This document shows positions 1 through 10,121 of a stretch of DNA of 64,000 bases, one piece after another. Both the position numbers and the translations under genes were made by a program. The notes under the pieces are model-generated. The model did no database searches, was not told where the DNA came from, and saw only the letters and a list, made by a program, of their open reading frames with translations. The stretch is from Heteronotia binoei (lineage: Eukaryota), in contig NC_083228.1 of NCBI RefSeq assembly GCF_032191835.1, positions 40,238,001 through 40,302,000 of the forward strand, read 5' to 3'. The stretch's first letter is position 1; the number at the start of each line of letters is the position of its first letter.

Positions 1-253
1 TGTGCTCTTAAGCACGCTTCATCAGACGAGGACTCCAGCACAGTGAGCAAAGCCATACATGCAACATGGCCACTGCCTACCAGCTATGCATGGCTCTGCT
101 CACTGTGCTGGACTCCTCGTCTGATGAAGTGTGCTTAAGAGCACACGAAAGCTTACGCTCTAAATTAAGACCAATTGGTTGGTCTTAAAGGTGCGACTTA
201 ACTCCTGCTTTGTTCAACTGCTTCAGACCAACACGGCTGCCCGCTTGGATCTA
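1..253. mobile_element. Penelope-like element terminus with inverted duplication
   Basis: 60-bp inverted arms at 1-60 and 86-145 (56/60 identical). Ends with gaaagcttacg...ggtcttaaaggtgc...ttcagaccaacacggctgccc, typical of squamate Penelope ends (recalled, not searched). Confidence 0.7.
118..157 (+). ncRNA. Minimal type I hammerhead ribozyme motif (Penelope-associated)
   Basis: CUGAUGA (121-127), extra A, stem II GUGUGC/GCACAC (129-134/141-146), GAAA (147-150), palindromic AAGCUU helix III, and a 3-bp stem I CGU/ACG. Confidence 0.6.
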
Positions 254-543
254 TCCAGATGGATGGAGCAGTCCGTTTCAGTCCGGCCCGGAGGCTGCCC
301 GGGAAAGGAATGTGTTGCGGGCTTCTCCCAAAGATTCTGGCACGATGAGGCTGTGGAAGGCGGTGGAGGCCACTAGCGCTGACTCCCTTGTAAGGGCGTC
401 GAGGATCGGGGCCAGGCCATTCCTAGTCTCTTTGCGCTCCAGTGGCCTTGGAGACCCTCCGCCCGGCACGCCTGCGCCGGCTGCTCCGAAGATTTAAGGG
501 CGCGGGGAATTCTTTGCCTTGGAGAGATTGCTCAAGTCCCCAC

Positions 544-728
544 CAGTGTTCCCTCTCAGCTGAGTTAATGGGAGCCAGCTCACGCGTCCGGCTCACACAT
601 TTTTGTCTTAGCTCAGGAAAAATGGCCCCACAGAACACTAATTTATGCGGCAGCTCACAACTTTAGTGCTAGCAGCTCATAAAGCAGCATTTTTGCTCAC
701 AAAACTCCACAGCTTAGAGGGAACATTG
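544..728 (+). mobile_element. hAT-type MITE
   Basis: TIRs cagtgttccctct / agagggaacattg (12/13 match). 8-bp TSD gtccccac / ctccccac. Confidence 0.85.
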
Positions 729-2705
729 CTCCCCACCTAGCTGGGGTTCACACAGGAGTGCCGACCCGATAGCCTCTTTAAGGCAAACTAGTCTCCCGGA
801 CTTTACCGGGGGGCAAAGGCGAAAGGAAACGAGGGGGGGGGGGGTGTAAATGTGCTTTGAGGTATTCCTTGCTTAGGATTTGCAGCCTTGATTTCTGAGG
901 GCTGCTTGCAAACCACAGCCAGCTTGGGGAGCTGGGGGCGGGCTGTGGATATTTAAGACGACCATGGAGAGGCACTTGGGACAAGCGTTGTCTTTACCCG
1001 GTTCCAAAACGGAGCAGAAACCCGTTTCCTGGGCAATTCTGCCGGTTATTAGACTGGCCAGGCTCGAAGGAAGGTTTAGCAGAAGGCGAAGCTGCAATAA
1101 ATCCGATGCAAACAGTGACCAATGCAGTCCCGGCTGAGATTCTAGACGCACTTACTTAGGAGTAAGCCCGGATCGAATCCCCTGGAACTGGCTTTCTAGT
1201 CACTATATAGAAGGCAGGACTCCGCAGTTATAGGGCGGTACGTGCCTAACTGGGTAACTGATAACGTAGGTCGGATCTATTACGTGCAGGAGAGGAGCGC
1301 GAGGTCCTCCTTTGAGGATACGGTTTTGTGCCTTGCTTTCCGAGTTAGGGCTGAGCCCTCGAAGGTGTCGGCGGTAGCTGCTGGGACCCTGCGCAGATTC
1401 CTTTCCCGCCACCATCTCCTCCTCCCCTGCAAAATTCCAAGTCAAGGGTTAATGTGAGCGTTTGTACGTCTTTTTAGGATGCTCCCCTAAACTGCTGCGC
1501 CCTTCCTTGCAGAGCTTTGGACAGCTGCGATCAATTGAAAAGGCAGTATCTACTCAAGGGGCAGCTGGATTTAAAGGGATTTCCACCCACACGCTCCCAT
1601 CAGAAGGCATGGGTGGCTCAGTGGCGCCTACGTAAGCAGCCCTAAGCAAAGTAATTCCCCTCTAGATTCGTTGGAGTCAATGGGTTCAGAAGGGCTTCCT
1701 TCTGTTTAGGACTGCACGGTAGAATCGTAGTCTAGGCTGGCGCTCCGACGTGGCAGAAGACCTGCCTTCTGCGTTTCAGCCGGGAAGGAGGACTATGCAG
1801 CCGCCGAGCGCTGCAGACCTGCCGTTCTGTTCCGGCTTCCGTGGGACTGAACCCCATCGCATTGAGGGGGATTATTGCGGAGCGCAGGATTCTTAAAGCA
1901 GCCTGGTTGGGGTCGGAAATGGGTTTGAGCCAAACTCCCGTCAGGCGGGGTTCCTTTTGCCCTCTCAGCAGCTGGATTGTCTGTCTCCAGTGTCTCGAGC
2001 TGCATCAGATATAGAAGTACAGTTTACAAAACCTTTTCCGGGCATGAATTTCTGCCTGTCGCGGGTGGAAGGCTCGGTTGTAGCCCCCCGCCCTTCAAAG
2101 CCCTCAAATGTTCTTATCCAAAGCTATGTACTGACCGCTGTTCTCCGCATGGAGACAAGGGTTTGCTAAAGGATCCCTCAAGGGGGGGGGGGGCAGGCGG
2201 GTGCTGCTGGTTGTGATGCTGCTACAAGCGAGTTTTCTCTGCGTGGCTTCCCAAGCGCTCTTCTTTATCGCGTAAAGTTCAGCGCTGGAGTTGGGGGGGG
2301 GGGCGGCAGTTTGGCGGCGACGATGTTTAGCCTCCCAGCGTAGGTTGCTTGTTCAGAGGGACAGCCCGGGAAGGCCACGAGGACCCTGGACTTTTGGGGA
2401 GATCCCCCTTGGATTCCCCCTTGAGGAGGACCTTCCTTCGCCATCGATCTGCAACGATAAAAAGAAGTTTAACAAGGAAAGGGGGAGGAGATTCTCGCGG
2501 GAAAGCGGGGGGGGGGGGGGCTGGATTGGAACGCAGGGCCTCGCCGAGCGCTCCGGCCTCCCCGGGACTGCTCGAGCCGGAGCCCTTGGCCTGCGCTTCC
2601 TCCCCCCACCCCCACCGGGCGGGCTGCTGGGCAGAGAGAGGCGGCGGCGGAGCAGCGGCCACCGGCGCCCATTGGCGAGCCGCTGAGGCGGCGCTAATGG
2701 CAGCA

Positions 2706-2722
2706 GGTTCAACCGCAGGTCA
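2706..2722 (+). promoter_or_regulatory. Perfect DR5 retinoic acid response element GGTTCA-accgc-AGGTCA
   Basis: Two RGKTCA half-sites spaced by 5 nt, within the CYP26 locus. Confidence 0.7.
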
Positions 2723-4632
2723 GCGAGGGAGCCAGAGGTGACGGCGACGGCGACGCCCAAAGGTAAACACGCGCCCAGCCAGCCGGATCCCCAGGAGGCG
2801 CCGCATCCAAACCCCCCACCCACTCACCGACCGCTGCGCCAGCCAGCGCCAAGGCCCAGGAGGAGGAGGAGGAGCAGCAGCAGGGGCCGGGAGGCGCAGC
2901 CGGAGTGGCATTCAGGGTCCCAATTCCCAGCGGCCTCGAGGGGAATGGAGAACTCCGGTCTGCGCCCTGGGCTCGACAAGGTTAAACAAGCTCCACCCCG
3001 GCCCCGCAAAAGCCGCCCGGGGACTCTGGGCATCGTTCCGGTCTGTCTAGAACTTTTCACGATCTTTCTTTCCAGGAGACTCCCTCCCTTCCACGTGGGA
3101 GTCCCGCACAACACCCCTGCAAGACAGGCCAGCCTGCCAGCATCAAGGCCACCGGCCTTGAGAGAGGCGAGAGGCGAGAGGCTCCGCAGGCAGGGGAGCC
3201 CCAATCCTAGGCCGGCTCCCCTTCCCGGGGAGTCAGCAGCTGCCTGAGTAGGATTCAGAGGCGACCTCTTCATTCACCGACGTGTTTCTGCCAAAAGCAA
3301 AGCGTCAGCCTGAGCCAGTGAGTCTCTTTAGCGCGCTGGAATGAATGGAGGGAGGGGAACTAACTTCCGAGCCCCCTCCCCAACAACACGCGCCATCAGG
3401 CCTTAGGCTGGCGGCGGCGGGGGTGGGTAGGTGGGCTGCTCTTTGTTCAGACCTTTCTTCTTCTCTGCCCCTCCGCAGTCGAGTTCAGCCCCAGGCCGCC
3501 GCCCCAAACGGGTTTAACTCTTTCCCTTCCGTCCAGGTGAGCAGCCGTGTGGGTCTGAAGCGGCAGAACCAACGTCGAGTCCTCCAGCGGCACCTCCCCG
3601 ACCCCAGGTTCCTTCGAGGGGCAGGCGCCCTTTGGTCCAGCTGCCTGGAATGAAACGTCGTTGGGCTTCAAGGCGCCGCCACTGGGTTCTGTCGAAGCTC
3701 CCGAGCGAGGCGGCTGCAGCCAGACCTCCCCCCCCCCCCCGGAAGGGCTGCTCGCTCGGCGCTGGTGGATGGTCCGCAGCGGGGGCGGGAGAAGAGGCCT
3801 TCGCGCTGGCCCCGGAGGCGCCTGGTGGTTGGTGTTGCCAAAGGCGGCGCTTCCTCTTGAGCGGCTGGGGAGGAGCCACGGGAATCTTACCTCCGACTGA
3901 CCCACATGCAGCAAGCTTCCGAGAGGGCGGGGGGCTCGCCCGGCCGCTTCCAAGCGCCTCTTGCCTGGGGGCGGCTCCCGAAGACCTACCCGCTGCAGGG
4001 CTCCTTCGCCGCTCCGGAGACCGTCTCCCGCCTCCCCGTGTGGCTCTGGCTGCTTAGAATCGCCTCGCTCGCTCGCTCGCTCCGGGGCTTCTTACTCCTT
4101 CGCCGTAAGCGAGCGGAGGGAGCTGGCTGGATTCCCGGGCCTCCTTTCCAACGCAGTCCCTTCGGACGCTGCCAGGCCGGCCGCCCCTTTCCGTGCCACG
4201 GAGTGCTGCGCTGGAGGCTGGCCAAACGCCGGAGGCACGCAGCGCTCCTCTCGGGAGCCCCCAGCTCTGCAGCTGCACCAAGGGCGCCCCCGGGAAGGAG
4301 CAGAGAGCCAGCCCAGGGGGAGGCGGCGGCGGCGCTCGGCCGGTCTCTTCTGCGCCCAGACAGCAGACACTCCGGCTAGAAGGAGACGAGTCTCCCGGGC
4401 TCCTCCTGGAAGGCGGACGTGCGCTGAGAGTCTACCCAGATTCTCAGGCGGCGGGCAGGGGAGGGACCCGATTCGGATAGACGGTGGTGCGCCAGCAGAG
4501 AGAGACTGGAAACTTGCACAGGCGCAGCGGTTTTAGCGGCTTGAAATGTTTACCCAGCTGGGGGAAACTCACCTGCATCAGGTCAGATTCCTGCGCTTTT
4601 CCGCACCAGTCTGGCCCAGCGAGTTCGCTGGC

Positions 4633-4663
4633 GGGGGCGGGGAGGAGGGTTTCCCTATAAAAG
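4633..4663 (+). promoter_or_regulatory. GC box (GGGGGCGGGG) followed by consensus TATA box (CTATAAAAG)
   Basis: GC box at 4633-4642 and TATAAAAG at 4656-4663 on the plus strand. Confidence 0.45.
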
Positions 4664-4747
4664 TGGAGGAAGGGAGGGAGTGGGCCGAGAGGGGCAAGAG
4701 GGAACTGGCGAGGTGTCGTGCGCGTTCCAGAGATGGCCCCTTGCCTG

Positions 4748-4767
4748 AGGTCAAGTTCATCGGGTGA
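4748..4767 (+). promoter_or_regulatory. Composite nuclear-receptor element AGGTCA-AGTTCA-tc-GGGTGA (DR0 + DR2, overall DR8)
   Basis: Three RGKTSA half-sites in tandem. Confidence 0.6.
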
Positions 4768-4962
4768 AGCGGAAGCGATTCTCCGCTCTGTTGTTGCTTG
4801 GTCTGCTCTGTCCTGCACGAATGCTTTCGCGTGGGGCGACTGAATGGTGCTGCAAAACAAAACTAACCTTCCTCACCGGCGATCTTACAATATCTTGTGG
4901 ATTCATAAAGTCAGCTCACTTCTAATGCATGCTAGATTACCACCACCACCCCCCGCCCAGGC

Positions 4963-5135
4963 TAGCCCCATCTCGTCAGATCTCAGAAGCGAAGCAGGGT
5001 CAGTACTTGGATGGGAGACCCCCCCCCCCAGGGTCAGGAGGCGGAGACAAGCGCTGGCGAACCGCTCTTGCCTTGAAATCCCCCCTCAGGGGGGTCCCCA
5101 CCATGTCAGCTGGGGAACTGGACGGCACTTTCCAC
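4963..5135 (+). mobile_element. 5S rRNA-derived SINE (5S-Sauria-like)
   Basis: 5S head atctcgtcagatctcagaagcgaagcagggtcagtacttggatgggagacc followed by a non-5S tail. Confidence 0.75.
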
Positions 5136-6427
5136 CCCCGCCCCCCTTGACCCCGAGGGGGGAGTCCTCCTGGCTTGGGTGCCCAGCTGGATTCCAGACG
5201 AGACCCACCTACTCCGGCCCGCCTTCGTTGGCCCCTGAAGTGCAGCGACCAATCGGGGCTCAGCCCGAAGAGGCCGCCAGCCAATGGCCCGCCGACCGGC
5301 TCCTTTCTGCCCACCCCTGGAAGGAGCCGGGAGGCTCCGACTGGCGTCCGAGCGATGCGCCCCGCGGAGGGCTGTGAGGGGCAGCAGACGGCTGCAGCTG
5401 AGCAAAGCGCCGCAATTTCCAGACGCCCCCTCCCCCCCCCCCCTCAGCGTCTTCCTGTGCCTTAAGCAGCAGCAGAGACGCCCGAGCAGAAATAAAGGGC
5501 TTAATTCTTTAGCTCGAGGTCCATTCCCTTGGGAGTCAGAGCCCCATTCCATCCCTGGGACTTTGTATCTCTGGGGGGACATGCGGGGGACGGAGACCGG
5601 GAAGGTTGCGATCCACGACGCAGCTTGTGCGTGCTTTACGCGGAGGTCCATGGGTGGTCTTACTCCCAGGGGACACGAGCTGGAGGAGGGAGCTGGTGAG
5701 TGACTCCGGGGCAGCCCGAACAGCAGCCGGTGGAGGACTTTTCTCTCCTGCTGCCTGCGCTATGGGCCGAGTCTTCTAGGCAAGCCCGGGTCGGATGGAT
5801 TGCAGCAGGGGTTTGGGAGGGGGGGGGTCGATCCGGACAACGCCTTCCGCTGGCCCCCCTGAGTAATGGTGTTGAAACCGGCCTTTGCCTTCCCCTCCAC
5901 ACGCAACCGAAGCCAGGCGTGCCTTGCAAAGGCGGTTCGCTGCGCAGCGCATTGTTGCTTGTTGCTTTTTTGTTTGTTAGTTTACACGTCCACACACCAC
6001 ACCAGCAGCTGCCGATGCCCGGCAACAGAGGGAGCAGGTGCCCCCCGGAAATAAGTCTCCTTTGAATCAGTGGGCCGAGAAAGGGTTTGTAGGATTGCAA
6101 CATGACTGCTTCCCACCCCCGGGTAAAAGATGGCCACACCTTCGGAACGCCTAAAGCATCTTCGCGTCATCTGGGGTGGGAACAAGATTTGAGCCTCCAG
6201 ATGTTTAATTCCTGCTGAGGTCCATGGAGTTGACTCCCAAGAAGACAGTAACGACCAGGATCGCAACCCTAACCGCGCAGAGGACTCGAACCTGCAGTTT
6301 ACTTGAGAGAGATATATATATAAATAATTTTACAACAATCTTAACGTATAAAGCAATCAATCACATGTATCAATCAGCAATTAATTACTAAATCCATCCC
6401 CAAATTGATAAGTAACCTTCCTGGGAT

Positions 6428-6619
6428 CAGTATATCTCCTCAAATCTGTGAAGTCTTGTGAGCAAAAATTCTACTTGGTGAGCTACTGGCGTTAAAATTG
6501 TTATTGTATAAATTAATTTTCTCTGGGGCCATTTTTCCTGAGCAAAGACAAAAATATGTGAGTTGGAGACCAAAAACCTGCCAACACGCTCACAATAACT
6601 CAGCTTAGAGGGAACGCTG
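6428..6619 (-). mobile_element. Diverged second copy of the 544-728 MITE, opposite orientation
   Basis: Shares ggggccatttttcctgagc..aagacaaaaat and cagcttagagggaac with the reverse complement of 544-728. Confidence 0.75.
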
Positions 6620-7891
6620 CTTAAACCTATTATTTGACCTTACAGCTAACACAGTAAGTAACTATCGTCCTTGCATTCTTATATGCAATTTAAAACCCAC
6701 TGAAGCAGACAAGCATAGACTACATCTGACCACCCGACTCTCCGCATTTTGACTGGGAATCCAAGCCTCTGGAGGGCTCCTCTCCAGCATGTGGAGGGCT
6801 GCGTCCTCAATCCAGACTCCGGCATCGTAGTTCTTAAACTCAGACGCCCTTTCGACCCAAGCTCGCGTGTCTCCTGTGGATTCTGCCTATGGGGGACGCT
6901 CCCGGATCTCCTGACGCTGCACAGATCGAGAAACGGAGACCAATTCCGCGCTGGACCTTTAATCCTGGGTTAGCCCGGTCCCCCAAACTGACCTTCTACG
7001 CTAGAATCAGAGAAACCAACTCTACGTAGAATGTCATCTTGGGACAGGGCTAAGCAAGGATTAAAGGCCGAGTGCAAAACTGGTCTGGCATTGCCTCCCT
7101 TCTCTGTTGCCCCTGTGCTCCTTTCAGCATGGTCAGCGGGCTAGACGTGGCCTTTTGCTGCTGTTGTCGTCGTCGGTCTCCGCCTTCCCAGCCCTTCCGA
7201 TACAACATACAGATACAAATCCTACAGATCCGAGGAAGAGAGCTTGGACGCCCCAGAGGCCGGGGGAATGGGCTGGTCTTTAAACTGCTGGCAGACGAGC
7301 ACGGACGACCACCCTCCCGACTCGATCCCGCGGCCGGGCGTCTGCACAGGCCTACGCGCGCTGACCTGGCTAGGGGAAGCCCCACCGAGGAGGAGAAATG
7401 GGACTTCCTGCTGCTGCTGAGCCAAGCAGGCACCTCTCCCTGCTCGAAACCCCCAAAAGCGCCTGGGCTGGTCTCCTGCGAAGGAAGCCCCACTGCGTTC
7501 CCGTCGGGAGGCGCGGGAAGGACAATTCTAGATCCGCCTCTCCTCCCGAGTAAGCGCTGCGAGCGCCCTTCGTTCCTTCTCCAAGACGCGGCTCCCTTTT
7601 GGCCGCGATGGAAGCTCCTCGGGTTCCTTTCGCGGGAGGAGAGAGGAAGGAAAGAGGGGGGTGGGAGTCGTGGGGGTCTTTCTGGGGTGGTCCCTCCTCC
7701 GGGGGCTCCATTTCAGCTCAGGCTGACCTGGGGGCGGGGGGGGGATCCCATCTTTCCCAAGCCTCACTCTGGCCGTGCGCCCCCCCGCACGGGGGTCTGA
7801 CCTATATAACGCCCTTCCCCCCGGGACCCTGGAAGGATGGCGGGGCAGGCGCGGCGCTTTCCCGGGCCCGGGGGCCGCCCTTCCCAGGCGC

Positions 7892-7983
7892 TGACCCGCG
7901 GGCGACCCCGCTGCAGGCAGGACCGTGACATTTGCGTGAACCCGGCCGGGGCTGCCCGGCCACCTCCTTCCGCGCCAAGTTCA
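7892..7983 (-). promoter_or_regulatory. Cluster of two near-consensus DR5 RAREs plus an extra half-site
   Basis: Minus strand: GGTTCA-cgcaa-ATGTCA (7942-7926) and GGGTCG-cccgc-GGGTCA (7908-7892). AGTTCA half-site at 7978-7983 on the plus strand. Confidence 0.6.
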
Positions 7984-8108
7984 CTGCCCGCCCGCGCGTC
8001 CCCTAACGAGATGCGGGCCTCGCTGACTCGGAAGAGCGCCCTTAATTGCCGCCGCGGATGGGAAAACCCTGGATGATGCCCCAGCACTGCAGCCATCTAG
8101 TCGCCGGG

Positions 8109-8510
8109 NNNNNNNNNNNNNNNNNNNNNNNNNNNNNNNNNNNNNNNNNNNNNNNNNNNNNNNNNNNNNNNNNNNNNNNNNNNNNNNNNNNNNNNNNNNN
8201 NNNNNNNNNNNNNNNNNNNNNNNNNNNNNNNNNNNNNNNNNNNNNNNNNNNNNNNNNNNNNNNNNNNNNNNNNNNNNNNNNNNNNNNNNNNNNNNNNNNN
8301 NNNNNNNNNNNNNNNNNNNNNNNNNNNNNNNNNNNNNNNNNNNNNNNNNNNNNNNNNNNNNNNNNNNNNNNNNNNNNNNNNNNNNNNNNNNNNNNNNNNN
8401 NNNNNNNNNNNNNNNNNNNNNNNNNNNNNNNNNNNNNNNNNNNNNNNNNNNNNNNNNNNNNNNNNNNNNNNNNNNNNNNNNNNNNNNNNNNNNNNNNNNN
8501 NNNNNNNNNN
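8109..8510. other. Assembly gap (402 N)
   Basis: Run of N. Confidence 1.
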
Positions 8511-9223
8511 AGAGCTCCCGAGGCGCGAAGAGCGAACGGGATCATTAAAGGCATCTTGGAAGGAGGTCGAGAAATTAGCTAACCCTCGGGCAGTCCCAAC
8601 AGACGGCCGCGCCTTTAGGAGCTGCGCCTTTATTACGCGTCGCTTGCAAACGGGCTAAAGGCTTCGCGGGAGGGGGGGACCGTCTTCCTTGGCGTTGGCT
8701 CCGGAGCAAGGGCATGCGAGGAAAGGCCGCAATTCCTGAGCTTGAGAGCGCGACCGGGTTGTGTTTTTTAAAAAACTGACTAACTAGACGACCAAGGTGT
8801 TTCCCCTCTCCATGTTCCCTCAGAGGTAAGTGGGTGGGGACTCCGCAGGGTTCGCGTTTAAGGAAGGGCGCAAAGAACAGAATGAAGATGTCGCATCAGA
8901 TTTCATCAGGAATTTAAATCGTGCTCTTCTGTAATCCGAATGTGAATTCGTTTCTGCAGGGGATGGGTTAAATCAGAAACGGGTCTGTAATGCCAGCACC
9001 TATTCGATTTGAAATCGGATCTGTTCCTTTTTTCCCTGACCCACATTTATAACTTTACAAGGGACTGCCGTCTAGATTTTTAAAAACAAACAAAAAACTC
9101 ACTTGATAAAGTCTGGCCTGGTTCCTTCCTTAATTGCTTGTGTGTGTGTGTTGCCTGGTGAAAAAGGGTAAATAAAAGGATCACTACAAGCCAACTTCAA
9201 ATTCGAATTTCCTTCAATAATAA

Positions 9224-9331
9224 GGGTGCTTTCACACACATTAAATAATGCACTTTCAATACACCTTGAAACTGGATTTTACTGTTACTTGCAAATGGTC
9301 ACCGAAGGGCATTGAAACTGTGTGAAAGTGC
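9224..9331. mobile_element. Palindromic MITE, internally deleted copy of the 13960-14091 family
   Basis: Shares cacacac.taaataatgcactttcaat with the 13960 copy. Imperfect TIRs. Confidence 0.65.
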
Positions 9332-10104
9332 CCAATTTAGATTAGGGATGCTTTTTAACAGTGTACAGCGCTGTGGTGTTCTGTAAGGAGATACACCCAT
9401 TGGCTCTTAGGCTGTAATGAAGATGCCCTGATTTTTGTGAAGGCACTTTTACATTTGAAAGGCAGACTTCTTTACTAGCCTTTCAGTCAAAGGATCAAGG
9501 TTAGAGTGGAAACTGGAAGAAAATTCTGGGGAGCTCAGATGTTAAAATGACCCTTCTCTCCCAAACCCCTTAACGCAGGAGCCTGAGTGGTTAGGTATGG
9601 TGGTCACAGATTTTTTTTAACTGCTTATTTTATGGTATAGTATTTTGTTGATTTTTATGTGTTATGCTTCGATGTTGTGTTTTTACTGGTTGCTAGCAGC
9701 CCTGAGCCTGCTACAGGGAGATGGGATATAAATCTAATAGAATAAAATAAAAATAATTTCCCTCCCTCATCCATTCCTAATTCAAGTCTGGAGTATAAAA
9801 ACAAGATAGGCTGGAGGTTAAACCCATATCAAAAGATGTGAGGCTGGGGAACAAAGGCTGATGACCCAATCGAAACCCAACAGGCCTCACCATTTTCATT
9901 TCTTTCTTTTCCTTTTTCTTCCAATTCAGAAGCCTTTTATTAATCTCACAATAGGACCCGCAGCATTTGGACAGATCATTTAGAGAGTGGTGCTAATTAA
10001 AGTTAGTCATTGACTCCTGGATCTTCCCACCTACTGTTTCCCTCCCCTCTCATTTTATCACAAAGATCCACCTTCAAGACAAGGTCAGGAGGGCAGAGAC
10101 TTCT

Positions 10105-10121
10105 GGGTCACTAGAAGGTCA
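10105..10121 (+). promoter_or_regulatory. Perfect DR5 RARE GGGTCA-ctaga-AGGTCA
   Basis: Consensus DR5, with additional half-sites AGGTCA at 10082 and GGTTCA at ~10170. Confidence 0.7.

Larger units (their letters stand above)
250..8800. other. Large CpG island with no recognisable coding exon (presumed CYP26A1 upstream regulatory domain)
   Basis: Sustained high GC and dense CpG, interrupted by an AT-rich patch at ~6300-6700. None of the ORFs resembles CYP26A1 or another known protein. Confidence 0.8.

Noticed and set aside
165-188. Perfect 10-bp hairpin ttaagaccaa-ttgg-ttggtcttaa
   Set aside because: Most simply a local template-switch inversion within the Penelope remnant; no evidence of function.
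936-1137. GC box, GATATTTAAG and a Kozak ACCATGG opening a 57-aa ORF
   Set aside because: The ATG lies only ~6 nt after the TATA-like word, so it would be upstream of the TSS; the peptide is unrecognisable.
4963-5030. 5S rRNA gene (also at 18.9, 43.2 and 44.9 kb)
   Set aside because: Only partial, diverged 5S heads fused to SINE tails; not functional rRNA genes.
544-6619. Two inverted MITE copies bracketing 5.7 kb, as a possible composite transposon
   Set aside because: Each has its own pair of ends, the copies are quite diverged, and there is no shared outer TSD; independent insertions are more likely.
179-8582. Dozens of 60-240 aa ORFs on both strands, including 7072-7800 (242 aa)
   Set aside because: Pro/Gly/Arg/Ala-rich translations expected from stop-poor GC-rich DNA; no recognisable domain or coherent splice structure.
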